Shown here in pieces: positions 9,108 through 20,536 of a stretch of 64,000 bases of DNA (positions within the stretch are counted from its first letter, which is position 1; each line of letters begins with the position of its first letter). This DNA comes from Candidatus Eiseniibacteriota bacterium. Its GTDB lineage: Bacteria; Eisenbacteria; RBG-16-71-46. The notes beneath the pieces are model-generated. The model did not search any database. It was given only the letters and a program-made list of their open reading frames with translations, and had not been told where the DNA came from. The DNA is taken from NCBI GenBank assembly GCA_963725865.1, contig CAVSAC010000012.1:1056001-1120000 (forward strand), given 5' to 3'. Position numbers and translations under genes: made by a program.

Positions 9108-9122
9108 GAAGGATGCGTGCCA
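9108..9122 (-). promoter_or_regulatory. Candidate sigma-54 (-24/-12) promoter for the cytochrome/GcvH-like operon
   Basis: Minus strand reads TGGCACGCATCCTTC: perfect -24 element, degenerate -12 (CTTC vs TTGC). About 100 nt upstream of the ATG at 9005, with a sigma-54 activator in the same locus. Confidence 0.45.
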
Positions 9123-9212
9123 CCGTTCGAGCGCGATCCGGCAGTCGCGTGCGAAGCAGCGAGATAGGGCGCGCGCGGACGGTCCGCTCGGTCGCCTCGC
9201 TGCCGGCTCGAT

Positions 9213-9332
9213 TGTGGAAGGACTCCACACGACGGCGGCGCCGGTCCGCGGACGGCCGGCCCAACCGGCTGGCGGCCAAGGGGCTGGCACGCGTGTAGGG
9301 ATCCGCGGCACCGACTGCCGAGGAACTCCCCA
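9213..9332. promoter_or_regulatory. Candidate enhancer (UAS) sites, TGnnG-N7-CnnCA x3
   Basis: TGTGG-AAGGACT-CCACA (9213-9229), TGTAG-GGATCCG-CGGCA (9294-9310), TGCCG-AGGAACT-CCCCA (9316-9332). The last two start 22 bp apart. Confidence 0.45.
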
Positions 9333-9715
9333 CTTCGGCGATCGATCCGCGGCTCGAGTCCGCGCCGAGTCTCGCGGCACATCGACCTCGATCCGAGGTA
9401 TCTCCCGGCACCCGCCGGTGCCACCGCACCAGCCTCTCCGGCCACTCGGCGACCTCGACTTCCTCACGCTTGTCCCCTTGGGCCATCGTCCGCGTCATGC
9501 GGCCGGTCCCCGCGACCGCGCTTCACACGACCCCATCCCACGGAGGCGTCGCCGCGCGCGACGCCCCACTTCCTGCGCGCGCGACAAGGACTTCGGAGCG
9601 CGTGGTGGGTCGATTGCCTCGGGCCGAAGGCCGAGCGAGACCCGGTGTGTTTGCGCCCACGGGGCGGTGATGAGAAGGTCCACACAGCCTCCCTTGGGAA
9701 CCGTGGGGATCAACC

Positions 9716-11344
9716 ATGCGCGCGCTGCGCACCGTCAGCTTCCGGGTCTTCGCGGGCACCCTTCTCCTGCTGCTGCTCGCGTTCGGCCTGTTCGCGACCT
9801 ACGCGATTCACTTCTACACGGTCCAGTTGACCGAGCAGGCCATCGCCAGCGCCAGTCGCATCGGTGACTTCATCGCCGCCAGCACCCAGTACAGCATGCT
9901 CCTGAACCGCAAGCAGGACGTCTATCAGATGGCCCGGACGCTCGGCACCCAGCCGGGCGTCGTCAGCATTCGGATCTACAACAAGCGCGGCCAGATCACG
10001 TTCTCGACCGATCCGGCCGAGCAGGGACGCATGGTCGACCTGCACGCCGACGCGTGCGTGGCCTGCCACGACAGCGCCCGCCCTCTCGAATCACTGCCGT
10101 CGGCGAACCGCGCCCGCGTCTACCGCGACCGTGCGGGGCACCGCGTGGTGGGGGTCATCCATCCGGTCCGCAGCCAGCCGTCGTGCTCCACCGGCGGCTG
10201 CCATCTGGCACCGTCCGAGCGGACGGTGCTCGGCGTGTTCGATGTTCAGATGTCCCTGCAGACCGTCGACGCCGCGATCGCCACCGCGCAGCGACGGACG
10301 GCGTCCTCGGCGGCGATCGGATTCCTGGCGGTCGCACTTGCCTCCGGAGTGTTCCTGCGCATCACCGTGCGCCGCCCGATCCGGGCGCTCACCGCCGGCA
10401 CCGAGGCGCTCGCCCGGGGCGACCTCGATCACGAGATCGCGGTCCAGGGGCACGACGATCTGAGCGGTCTCGCGGACTCCTTCAACGCCATGACGCGTTC
10501 GCTACGCGAGGCTCAGGAGGAGAACCGGCGCTGGGCCCGGACTCTCGAGGATCGGGTCCGCGAGAAGACCCAGGAGCTGAGTCGCATGGACCGGCAGATC
10601 CTCCAGGTCGAGAAGATGGCCTCGCTCGGCACGCTCGCCGCATCGGTCGCCCACGAGCTCAACAACCCGCTGTCCGGCATCCTCACGTACGCCAAGTTGC
10701 AGGCGAAGCGCGTGCGACGAGACGGCGCCGAGGCTCCATGGGCGCGGACGCTGCTCGCGGATCTCGACATGATCGTGCGCGAGACCGAGCGCTGCGGGAG
10801 CATCGTGCGGAACCTGCTGCTGTTCTCGCGCAAGCAGGACGGGGAGTTCCACCGCGCTGAAGTGCGCGAGGCGGTGGAGCGGTCGGTGACCCTGGTCGCG
10901 CACCACCTGGAGATGCGCCACGTCGAGGTCGAGACCGCCTGCGAGCCGCCCGACCTGAGCATCCTCGGCGACGAGGGACAGCTGCAGCAGGCCCTCGTCG
11001 CACTGCTCATCAACGCCGCGGACGCGATGCCGAACGGCGGCACCGTGCGCATCCGGGCGCGCCGCGAGTCGAGCGGCGAGGTCCGCCTGACCGTCGAGGA
11101 CACCGGCATCGGCATCGCGGCGGCCGACCTGCCGCACGTGTTCGAACCGTTCTTCACGACCAAGCCGCAGGGCCAGGGCGTCGGCCTCGGGCTGTCGGTG
11201 GTCTATGGCATCGCCCAGCGCCACGGCGCCACCATCGATGTGGCCTCCGAGCCCGGGTGCGGCACCCTGATCACACTCGTCTTCCCGCCGCTGGACGGGG
11301 CCCAGCTCCGGCCCGACGGCGGGGGACGTGAACGTTCTTCCTGA
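9716..11344 (+). CDS. Sensor histidine kinase with periplasmic heme-c motifs and HAMP
   Basis: TM, CVACH, CSTGGCH, TM, HAMP, AHELNNPL, INAADA, DTGIGI, FEPFFTTK, GVGLGL. Confidence 0.92.
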   Translation: MRALRTVSFRVFAGTLLLLLLAFGLFATYAIHFYTVQLTEQAIASASRIGDFIAASTQYSMLLNRKQDVYQMARTLGTQPGVVSIRIYNKRGQITFSTDPAEQGRMVDLHADACVACHDSARPLESLPSANRARVYRDRAGHRVVGVIHPVRSQPSCSTGGCHLAPSERTVLGVFDVQMSLQTVDAAIATAQRRTASSAAIGFLAVALASGVFLRITVRRPIRALTAGTEALARGDLDHEIAVQGHDDLSGLADSFNAMTRSLREAQEENRRWARTLEDRVREKTQELSRMDRQILQVEKMASLGTLAASVAHELNNPLSGILTYAKLQAKRVRRDGAEAPWARTLLADLDMIVRETERCGSIVRNLLLFSRKQDGEFHRAEVREAVERSVTLVAHHLEMRHVEVETACEPPDLSILGDEGQLQQALVALLINAADAMPNGGTVRIRARRESSGEVRLTVEDTGIGIAAADLPHVFEPFFTTKPQGQGVGLGLSVVYGIAQRHGATIDVASEPGCGTLITLVFPPLDGAQLRPDGGGRERSS

Positions 11345-11357
11345 GGTCGAGGTTCCC

Positions 11358-12701
<1,344 letters not shown>

Positions 12702-12724
12702 CCGCCGCCGGCACGGAGCCGGTC

Positions 12725-14725
12725 GTGCGGGGCGGCTTGGGCCGGGGGACCGGACTCACGCCCATCGTCGACGTGCGTCCCGGGCTGGTCGCGCGCTGGG
12801 GCCTCGACGAGGGCACCGGCACCGCGGTCAACTCCTCCTCCAGCACCCCGCTGCCGGGCACGGTCACGGGAACCGGGTACGCATGGGTGGCGGGGGCGCC
12901 GTTCGACGCCCATGCGAATCACGCGCCGACGGCGCCTGTGTGCGTCGGTCCGGCGCACGGCGCGATCGACGTGTCGACGAGCCCATCGCTCGCCGTCCAG
13001 GTGAGCGATCCCGATGCCGACCCGCTGGACGTCACGTTCTACGGGCGCAGCCTGCCGACCGCGGCGGGCGCCGACTTCACCGTGGTCCTGCTGCCGGACG
13101 CGCAGAACTACACCTCTCAGGCGGGGACCAGCAGCAACGCGATGCTGCGGGCGCAGACGGCGTGGGTGGTCGCCAACCGGGCCCCGCGCAACATCGTCTT
13201 CGTGAGCCAGATCGGCGACCTGAGTGAGACCGGCGACGCCGCCGAGATCCAGTGGATGCGCGCCGACACGGCGCTGTCGGCCCTCGAGGATCCGGTGGCG
13301 ACCGGGCTGCCGCACGGCATCCCGTACGAGGTCTCGGTCGGCAACCACGATCAGACACCGAACGGCGATCCGACCGCGCCCTGCTCGTTCTACAACGAGT
13401 ACTTCGGTGAAGCTCGCTTCGCGGGCCGGCCGTATCGTGGCGGCGCGCGCCAGCCCGGGCGCAGCAACGACCACTTCTCGCTGTTCAGCGGCGGCGGGCT
13501 CGACTGGATCGTCATCAGCCTGCAGTACGCCGCCAGCGTGCAGCCGGCCGCCGTGGCATGGGCGGACAGCCTGCTGACCGCCCACGCGGGTCGCAAGGCG
13601 ATCGTCGTAGTCCACAACCTGCTCGCCACCGGCAATCCCGCCGCGTGGTCCGGGCAGGGGCAGGGTGTGTACGACGCCCTCAAGTCGCATGCGAATCTCG
13701 AGCTGATGATCTGTGGCCACACCGCTGGCGAGGGACGCCGCTCGGACAGCTTCGGCGGCCACACGATTCACACTCTGCTGCAGGACTACCAGGACCGCGC
13801 CAGCGGCGGCTCGGGCTGGCTGCGGCTGCTGGAGTTCTCGCCCGTGAACGGGGTGGTGCGTGTCCGCACCTACTCGCCGTGGCTCGACCAGTGGGAGGCC
13901 GACGCCGACTCGAGCAGCCAGTTCACGCTGCCGGTGGACCTCGGCGGCGGTCCCGGATTCACCGCGCTCGGCACGGTGAGCGGGGTCGCTTCCGGGAGCA
14001 CCGCGACCCTCGCGTGGCCGGCGCGGGAACAGCTCACCGCGTACGAATGGTACGCCGCGGCCGACGACGGCGCGCGCCGCTCCATCAGTCTCACATGGTC
14101 GTTCACGACCCGGGACGCACAGGCGCCCGCGATCGTCGTGTCAGCGCCCAACGGGGGCGAGTCGTGGCCGGCGGGCGAGAGCCGCACGATCACGTGGAAC
14201 GCCACCGATAACGTGGGCGTGAGCTCGGTGGACGTGCTGCTCTCGCGCAGCGGGCTCGGGGGGCCGTGGCAGAGTCTCGCGAGCGGGATCGCCAACACGG
14301 GCTCGTTCGCCTGGACGGTCACCGGGCCGGCGGGCACCGACGCGCGCATCCGGGTGGTCGCGCACGACGCGGCCGCCAACTCCGGGGAAGACGCCAGCGA
14401 CGGCTCGTTCAGCATCACCGGGACCTCGGGGGTCGACGACCTCGCCGTCACCGAATTCGCGCTGGCCCCGGTGCGCCCGAATCCCGCCCGCGGCGTGGGC
14501 CACGTGGCATTCGAACTCCCGCGCGCGGCGCACGTGCGACTCACGGTGAACGACCTGCAGGGTCGCGAGGTCGCGGTACTCGCCGATCGGGAGTTCGAGT
14601 CGGGCCGCCACAGTCTGGCGTGGTCCGGCAGCGGCAGCGCCGGCGCGGCGCCGGCCGGGATGTATTTCATCCGGCTGCGGGCCGACGGCCACGAGCTCGT
14701 GCGCCGAATGGTCTTCATGCGATAG
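12725..14725 (+). CDS. Calcineurin-like metallophosphoesterase with Ig-like and C-terminal FlgD/sorting-type domains; N-terminus appears truncated
   Basis: PDAQ, GDL, GNHD, VVH, CGH metal motifs. SAPNGGE Ig-like repeat. PNP...AGMYFIRL tail. No signal peptide. Confidence 0.7.
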   Translation: MRGGLGRGTGLTPIVDVRPGLVARWGLDEGTGTAVNSSSSTPLPGTVTGTGYAWVAGAPFDAHANHAPTAPVCVGPAHGAIDVSTSPSLAVQVSDPDADPLDVTFYGRSLPTAAGADFTVVLLPDAQNYTSQAGTSSNAMLRAQTAWVVANRAPRNIVFVSQIGDLSETGDAAEIQWMRADTALSALEDPVATGLPHGIPYEVSVGNHDQTPNGDPTAPCSFYNEYFGEARFAGRPYRGGARQPGRSNDHFSLFSGGGLDWIVISLQYAASVQPAAVAWADSLLTAHAGRKAIVVVHNLLATGNPAAWSGQGQGVYDALKSHANLELMICGHTAGEGRRSDSFGGHTIHTLLQDYQDRASGGSGWLRLLEFSPVNGVVRVRTYSPWLDQWEADADSSSQFTLPVDLGGGPGFTALGTVSGVASGSTATLAWPAREQLTAYEWYAAADDGARRSISLTWSFTTRDAQAPAIVVSAPNGGESWPAGESRTITWNATDNVGVSSVDVLLSRSGLGGPWQSLASGIANTGSFAWTVTGPAGTDARIRVVAHDAAANSGEDASDGSFSITGTSGVDDLAVTEFALAPVRPNPARGVGHVAFELPRAAHVRLTVNDLQGREVAVLADREFESGRHSLAWSGSGSAGAAPAGMYFIRLRADGHELVRRMVFMR

Positions 14726-14751
14726 GGGGCGCTACGGCTCCGAGGCATCAG

Positions 14752-14781
14752 CGGGCGCCGGGGAAGCGTCCCCGGCGCCCG
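14752..14781. terminator. GC-rich hairpin after the phosphoesterase gene
   Basis: CGGGCGCCGGGGA-AGCG-TCCCCGGCGCCCG, perfect 13-bp stem, no U tract. Confidence 0.45.
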
Positions 14782-14975
14782 TCACGCTGCGCCTCCCGGC
14801 CGCGCGGCATGCCGCTGGTCACTCGATCGCCTCGCGCGGCGATCCTCCCCGGCGCGGCGCAGGCGCTGCCGGATGCGGCCCCGCGGGCGCCTGAGTACTA
14901 GGGAGGAAGGCGCGCGCCTGATACCCTTGACGTACGTCGACCGGCCCGAGTGAACCCACCGCGCGAGGTCCATCC

Positions 14976-15296
14976 ATGTCCCGTTCCACCGTCCTGCTGA
15001 CGTGCGCCCTGCTGCTCGGCGTCGCCGCGACCACGGCGTATCCGGCCACCTACCAGGGGCGCCCGATCGACGCGCACAGCTGGCACTGCGTCGCGCGCAC
15101 GAACGACTATGGCAAGTTCCCGGGCTGCGAGGTGCGCTTCGATGGGGAGCGGGCCTACCTCACGCTCTCGAGCGGCCTGCGCATCGTGCTGATCCTGGAG
15201 GACGAGCACATCCTCGATCCGCACGGCGTCGTGGGGTACGACCACAAGCGTGGGCTGCGCTGGGAGCTCGACATCCTCGACCTGCCCAACGGCTGA
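14976..15296 (+). CDS. Small secreted hypothetical protein
   Basis: Signal-peptide-like N-terminus, GAGG upstream, non-shadow amino-acid composition. Confidence 0.65.
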   Translation: MSRSTVLLTCALLLGVAATTAYPATYQGRPIDAHSWHCVARTNDYGKFPGCEVRFDGERAYLTLSSGLRIVLILEDEHILDPHGVVGYDHKRGLRWELDILDLPNG

Positions 15297-15429
15297 CCTG
15301 ACGGCAGCGGGCGCGGAGCCCGCGAGCCGCCCGTCGTGAGCCTGCCGCTCCGGCGACCGCCGCTGAATGCCACGGCCGCGACGCGCGCTGCGCGTCGCGG
15401 CCGTGACGGTTCCAGTGCGTGTGGCGGCG

Positions 15430-17349
15430 CTACTTCTTCTTCGGTTTCGCTCCGCCCTCGCGCGCGGCCAGCAGGGTCTCCATCTCGTCCATCACGCGGT
15501 TCATCTCGGAGATCGCCGAGTTGAACGGCGCCGACGTGGTCATGTCGACGCCCGCGCCCTTGAGCAGATCGATCGGGTACTTCGACGAGCCCGAGGACAG
15601 CATCGTCAGGTACGCGTCCCGCGCCTTGGTCGACGGCTTCTTCGCCGCCGCCTCGGCCAGGATCGAGTTCGCGATCGAGGACGACGCCACGATGCTGGTC
15701 GAGTACGAGTACACGTAGAAGTTGTAGTAGAAGTGCGGGATGTACGCCCACTCGATGCCGTACAGCGGGTCGATCTTGCAGACGCCCTGCGCGTCGCCGT
15801 AGTACTCGCGGAGCAGGTCCAGGTACAACTTCGTCATCGCGGCACCCGAGAGCGCCTCGCCCTTCTCGCCCATCTGGTGGATGCGCAGCTCGAACTCGGC
15901 GAACAGCGTCTGGCGGAACAGCGTGGTGCGCAGGCCGTCGAGCCGGCTCCCGAGCAGGAACAGCCGGACGTCCGGGTCCTTCGTCTGCTTGAGCGTGTAG
16001 TCGAGGAGCAGGGCCTCGTTGCAGGTCGACGCGACCTCGGCGACGAAGGTCGGATAGTTCGAGTTCACGTACGGCTGGTGCTGGTACGACAGGTAGGTGT
16101 GAATGGAGTGACCCGACTCGTGGGCCAGCGTGGACACCTCGTCGTACAGCCCGGTGAAGTTCTGGAGCTGATAGGGATGCACGCCGTACACGCCGGTGCT
16201 GTACGCGCCCGAGCGCTTGCCGGCGGTCGGCATCCAGTCGATCCAACGGCTGTTGAAGCCCTTCTGCAGCGTGGAAACGTAGGTCGGTCCGAGCGGGGCG
16301 ACGGCCTTGAGCGTCATGTCCATCGCCTGCTCGGGCGTGTAGCGCAGGTCGACCTTCTTCACGACCGGCGCGTACAGGTCCTCGTAGCGCAGCGTGTCCA
16401 CGCCCATCATGCGCTGGCGCAGCTTCAGGTAGCGGTGCAGCGTCGGCAGGTTGGCGTGCACGTCCGAGATTAGCTGCGTGTACACGGCCGGCGGGACGTT
16501 GGGGCCGAACAGCGCGGCCTCCATGCACGAATCGAACTTGCGCGTCTCCTTCTGGAAGACGTGCGCCTGCACCTGCGCGTAGAGCATGCTGCCGAGCGTC
16601 TGCTCGAATTCGCGGTAGCGCTCCCAGAACGCGTGGAACACCGCCATCCGGTCGTCGCGGTTGGTCGAGGCGCGGTACTTCGTGTAGCCCTGCGCGTCGA
16701 GCCGCACGGTCTCGCCCGTCGACAGCGTCACCGACGGATAGGGCATGTCCGAGTTCGTGAACACGTCGTGCAGCGTGCCGGCGGTTCCGGCCATGTCGCC
16801 GGTCTTCGCGAGGATCTTCTCCTCGGCGGAACCGAGCGTATGCGGCTCGGCGCGCAGGATGTCCTCGAGGTACACGCGGTAGGTCTCGAGCCGCTTGTCC
16901 GACCCGATCAGCGCGCGCACCTTCTCGCCACCCAGCGCGAGGATCTCCGGCTGCATGTACGAGATGGCCGCGCCGTAGTCCACGAACAGCTGCTGGGCCT
17001 GCTGGTTCATCTCGAGCGACTTGCTGACCCGCTTGTCCTGATCGCTCAGCATGCTCGCGTAGACGTTGAGCTGTTCGAGATCCCGCTGCACCTTCATGCG
17101 GGCCTCGAGCGCCTCGAACAGGGTGGCCGCCGAGGCTCCCAGCTTGCCCTGGTACGTCGACAGCTCGGGGATCTGCTTCTCGAGGCCCGACCGGGCGGAC
17201 TCCCAGGCGGCGTCATTGGCGTACAGGTCGGTGAGACTCCAGGAGTACTTCGGATCGACCTCCGACCGCTCCAGGGCGGGCGCGGGCGCGGCAGCGACCA
17301 GCAGCGCCGCCGCCAGGGCGACGGCAAGATGCGACCGTTCGATTCTCAT
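15430..17349 (-). CDS. pepF: Oligoendopeptidase F (M3B) with a signal peptide
   Basis: WSLTDLY, GKRSGAYS, TLAHESGHS, FVAEVAST, FRQTLFAEFE, WAYIPHFY. Start at MRIERSHLAVAL. Confidence 0.92.
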   Translation of the reverse strand: MRIERSHLAVALAAALLVAAAPAPALERSEVDPKYSWSLTDLYANDAAWESARSGLEKQIPELSTYQGKLGASAATLFEALEARMKVQRDLEQLNVYASMLSDQDKRVSKSLEMNQQAQQLFVDYGAAISYMQPEILALGGEKVRALIGSDKRLETYRVYLEDILRAEPHTLGSAEEKILAKTGDMAGTAGTLHDVFTNSDMPYPSVTLSTGETVRLDAQGYTKYRASTNRDDRMAVFHAFWERYREFEQTLGSMLYAQVQAHVFQKETRKFDSCMEAALFGPNVPPAVYTQLISDVHANLPTLHRYLKLRQRMMGVDTLRYEDLYAPVVKKVDLRYTPEQAMDMTLKAVAPLGPTYVSTLQKGFNSRWIDWMPTAGKRSGAYSTGVYGVHPYQLQNFTGLYDEVSTLAHESGHSIHTYLSYQHQPYVNSNYPTFVAEVASTCNEALLLDYTLKQTKDPDVRLFLLGSRLDGLRTTLFRQTLFAEFELRIHQMGEKGEALSGAAMTKLYLDLLREYYGDAQGVCKIDPLYGIEWAYIPHFYYNFYVYSYSTSIVASSSIANSILAEAAAKKPSTKARDAYLTMLSSGSSKYPIDLLKGAGVDMTTSAPFNSAISEMNRVMDEMETLLAAREGGAKPKKK

Positions 17350-17532
17350 GCGAGGACCTTTCTGCTCGTGCGGATGGGTGCGAACGCGCGGGCGTTCGAG
17401 TGGAAGCGAATGGGGAAGACGGACCACCGGCGCGGCATCGTAGCACCGCCCGCGTCGGCCCGCAGGCAGGCGGACGCGCACGACGACGGACGCGGGGAAG
17501 CGCTCGACGAGAGCGGCCACTCCGACTCGGTC

Positions 17533-17913
17533 CTACGAGTCGGACGGCTCCGCGTCCGCGGGCAGCTCTGATCCGTAGTCGGCGATCAACGCGCGCGCCG
17601 ATTCCGCCATCTCGGCCGGCACCTGGAGTCGCGTCGGACCGAGCGCGAAGTTCTCGCCGCTCGGCATGCGTCCCAGTCCGATCAGGTCCTGGCTGAGCCC
17701 GTTCTGCTCGATGCAGGGGATCTGCTCGGCTTCGAGCAGCGAGCGGATCACGGCGATTCGCGCGGGATCGGCCGATTCGAGCACCGTCTCCAGGTCGCGC
17801 CACTGGGCCTGCTCCACCGAAGGCGGCGCGAGCTCGTCCACCAGCTCCACGTCACAGTCCTTGCAGCGCGTGATGCCCGCAACGTACTCGGTCCGGCAAT
17901 TCGGGCAGAACAT
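17533..17913 (-). CDS. Zn-ribbon + DUF2007-like putative signal-transducing protein
   Basis: MFCPNCRTEY...CKDCDVELV, IRSLLEAEQIP, LQVP..AESARAL. GGAGGAG RBS. Confidence 0.75.
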   Translation of the reverse strand: MFCPNCRTEYVAGITRCKDCDVELVDELAPPSVEQAQWRDLETVLESADPARIAVIRSLLEAEQIPCIEQNGLSQDLIGLGRMPSGENFALGPTRLQVPAEMAESARALIADYGSELPADAEPSDS

Positions 17914-18109
17914 GACGCTCCTCCTTCCACGCGGAATCCCCACTTCCCATTGCGAAAGCTACGCCTCGGCTCCATCCGGCGCCAGTAGCGGGCACGCCGC
18001 CCGCGATTCCGCCGCGGCGCCGCGCTCTGTTAGCCTGCCGCGGTCGTCATGCCCCGGCGCCCCGTGTGCGGACCGCCGGGCCACCACGCCACGCCTCCGG
18101 AGGCATCGC

Positions 18110-19921
18110 ATGCACCTGCCCTCTCGCCGTCCGTGGCTCGCGCTGGGCGCGAGTCTCGTGTTGCTGCTGTCGTCGCTGCCGGCCGGCGGAGCGCTCGCGG
18201 CCAGCCCGCTGCAGGAGCGCGCCGACCGATTCCTCGCGCTGGTGAACGCGTCGTACCAGGCGCTCTACGGGGTCAACAGCCGCGCGCAGTGGGACGCCGC
18301 CACCGACGTGAGTCCCGAGCACGACGCCGCCTCGGCCGCGGCGAACAAGGCGTACGCCGCGTTCAACGGCAATCCGGTGATCATCACCGAGGCGCGCGCG
18401 CTGCTCGAGCACGCCGCCGAGCTCGATCCGCTCACCGTGCGCGAGCTCAAGCGCGTGCTGCTCAACGCCGCCGAGGGGCCGATGACGAACCCCGAGCTGG
18501 TGGGCGCGCGCATCGACGCCGAGACGAAGCAGGCGTCGACGATGAACGGCTATACCTACCTGCTCGACGGCCAGCCGATCACCGCGAACGGCATGGACGA
18601 CAGCCTGGTCGCACTCACCGACGTGAGCCGGCGCCTCGCGGTGTGGGAGGCGTCCAAGCGCATGGGCATCGAGCTGCGCCCCGGGCTCGAAAAGCTCCAG
18701 GGCCTGCGCAACGGCGTCGCGCGCGAGCTGGGCTACCCCGACTACTTCACGCTGCAGGTCGCGAAGTACGACATGACCACCGACGAGATGCTCAAGCTCA
18801 ACGAGGAGTTCATGAGCGAGCTGCGGCCGCTCTACCTGCAGCTCTACACCTGGGCCAAGTACGAGCTGGCGAAGCGCTACCACCAACCGGTGCCGGCGCG
18901 CATCCCGGCTCACTGGCTACCGAACCGCTGGGGCCAGGAGTGGCAGGCGCTCACGCCGTCGTCGAGCCTCGACGCCGCGTTCCAGGGCAAGACCGCCGAG
19001 TGGGTGGTGAAGAGCGGCGAGCGCTTCTACACCGGGCTCGGGTTCGCGCCGCTGCCGAAGACGTTCTGGGAGCGCAGCGACCTGTACGCGCTGCCCGCCG
19101 ACTCGAAGCGCAAGAAGAACGCGCATGCCTCGTGCTGGCACATCGACCTCGACACCGACATCCGCTCGCTGATGAGCGTGCAGCCCGACGAGTGGTGGTG
19201 GCACACCGTCCACCACGAGCTCGGGCACGGCTACTACTTCATGTCGTACACGCGACCCGAGGTGCCGCCGCTGCTGCGTGACGGCGCCAACCCGTCGTTC
19301 CACGAGGGCATGGGCGAGCTGATCTCGCTCGCCTCCGGCCAGCAGCCCTACCTGGTCTCGATGGGTCTGCTCAAGCCCGGCAAAGCGAGCAAGGACGAGC
19401 AGATACGGCATCTGCTTCAGGATGCGCTCGAATCGGTCCCGTTCCTCTATTGGGCCTCCGGCACCATGACCCACTGGGAGGCGGACGTCTACGCCCAGGG
19501 GCTGCCGAGCGACCAGTGGAACCAGCGCTGGTGGAAATACGTCGGTGACTTCCAGGGCGTCGCGCCGCCGAGTCCGCGCGGCGAGGAGTTCTGCGACCCC
19601 GCGACCAAGACCCACATCAACGACACGCCCTGCTACTACTATTCGTACGCCATCGCCACCGTGTTCAAGTTCCAGATGCACGACCACATCGCGAAGCGGA
19701 TCCTCCACCAGGATCCGCACGCGTGCTCGTATGCCGACAACCAGGAAGTGGGCGCGTTCCTGCGCGGCATCATGCAGCAGGGCGCAACGCACGACTGGCG
19801 TGTGGTGCTCAAGGAGGCGACCGGCGAGGACCTGTCGACGCGCGCGATGGTCGAGTACTTCCAGCCGCTGATGGCGTGGCTCCAGCAGCAGAACAAGGGA
19901 CGTACGATCGGATGGCAGTGA
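18110..19921 (+). CDS. Peptidyl-dipeptidase A (M2, ACE-like), secreted
   Basis: Signal peptide, IPAHWL, HHELGH, RDGANPSFHEG, DPATKTH, YFQPLMAWL. Confidence 0.92.
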   Translation: MHLPSRRPWLALGASLVLLLSSLPAGGALAASPLQERADRFLALVNASYQALYGVNSRAQWDAATDVSPEHDAASAAANKAYAAFNGNPVIITEARALLEHAAELDPLTVRELKRVLLNAAEGPMTNPELVGARIDAETKQASTMNGYTYLLDGQPITANGMDDSLVALTDVSRRLAVWEASKRMGIELRPGLEKLQGLRNGVARELGYPDYFTLQVAKYDMTTDEMLKLNEEFMSELRPLYLQLYTWAKYELAKRYHQPVPARIPAHWLPNRWGQEWQALTPSSSLDAAFQGKTAEWVVKSGERFYTGLGFAPLPKTFWERSDLYALPADSKRKKNAHASCWHIDLDTDIRSLMSVQPDEWWWHTVHHELGHGYYFMSYTRPEVPPLLRDGANPSFHEGMGELISLASGQQPYLVSMGLLKPGKASKDEQIRHLLQDALESVPFLYWASGTMTHWEADVYAQGLPSDQWNQRWWKYVGDFQGVAPPSPRGEEFCDPATKTHINDTPCYYYSYAIATVFKFQMHDHIAKRILHQDPHACSYADNQEVGAFLRGIMQQGATHDWRVVLKEATGEDLSTRAMVEYFQPLMAWLQQQNKGRTIGWQ

Positions 19922-19964
19922 TCGACGGCACGCGCGTCGCCGCCGCGCGGCGGGGGCGGCCCGC

Positions 19965-20354
19965 ATGACGCCGCTGCGGATGGCCGCCGTCACGACCGTC
20001 ACCACCGCGCTGCTGCTCTACACCATCGGTGCGACGAAGGAGATGCGCGCGCGCCGGGCCAGCCCCGGCGTGCGCGGCTTCCTCGCCGCCGGGGTGACGT
20101 TCGACGTCACCGCCACGCTGCTGATGATCCTCGCCACGACGCGCGAGGGACTCAGCGTGCACGGCGTGCTCGGCTACTCGGCGCTCGCCGCGATGGCGCT
20201 CGACACGCTGCTGATCTGGCGCCACGGGCGCCGCGCGGGGGACGCGCCGCTCGGCAGGGGACTGCATCTCTATTCGCGGGTGGCGTACGTGTACTGGGTG
20301 GCCGCCTACTTCACCGGCGCCACGCTGGTGATGATGGCGCAGCGGATGAGCTGA
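19965..20354 (+). CDS. Small four-TM membrane protein
   Basis: Four hydrophobic segments, FD..AT..M and SVHGVLG. Confidence 0.7.
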   Translation: MTPLRMAAVTTVTTALLLYTIGATKEMRARRASPGVRGFLAAGVTFDVTATLLMILATTREGLSVHGVLGYSALAAMALDTLLIWRHGRRAGDAPLGRGLHLYSRVAYVYWVAAYFTGATLVMMAQRMS

Positions 20355-20536
20355 AGCGCGAGCGTTCGTGCCGCCCGCGCGATGCGGCCCGCGTCGGACG
20401 CCCCGGACGTCCTGGACGCGCGGCCGCGCGACGGACGCGGCCGCGCTGCGAAGCCCGCGCGGCGGTGGTAGAATCACCTCCGTCGCGACGGACCGGCCCG
20501 GATTCCTCGAGGGCATCGGCCCGCCTGGAGGCCGCC

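Noticed and set aside
9284..9300. Plus-strand CTGGCACG as a sigma-54 promoter for the kinase
   Set aside because: The -12 position reads TAGG and the site is more than 400 bp from the start codon.
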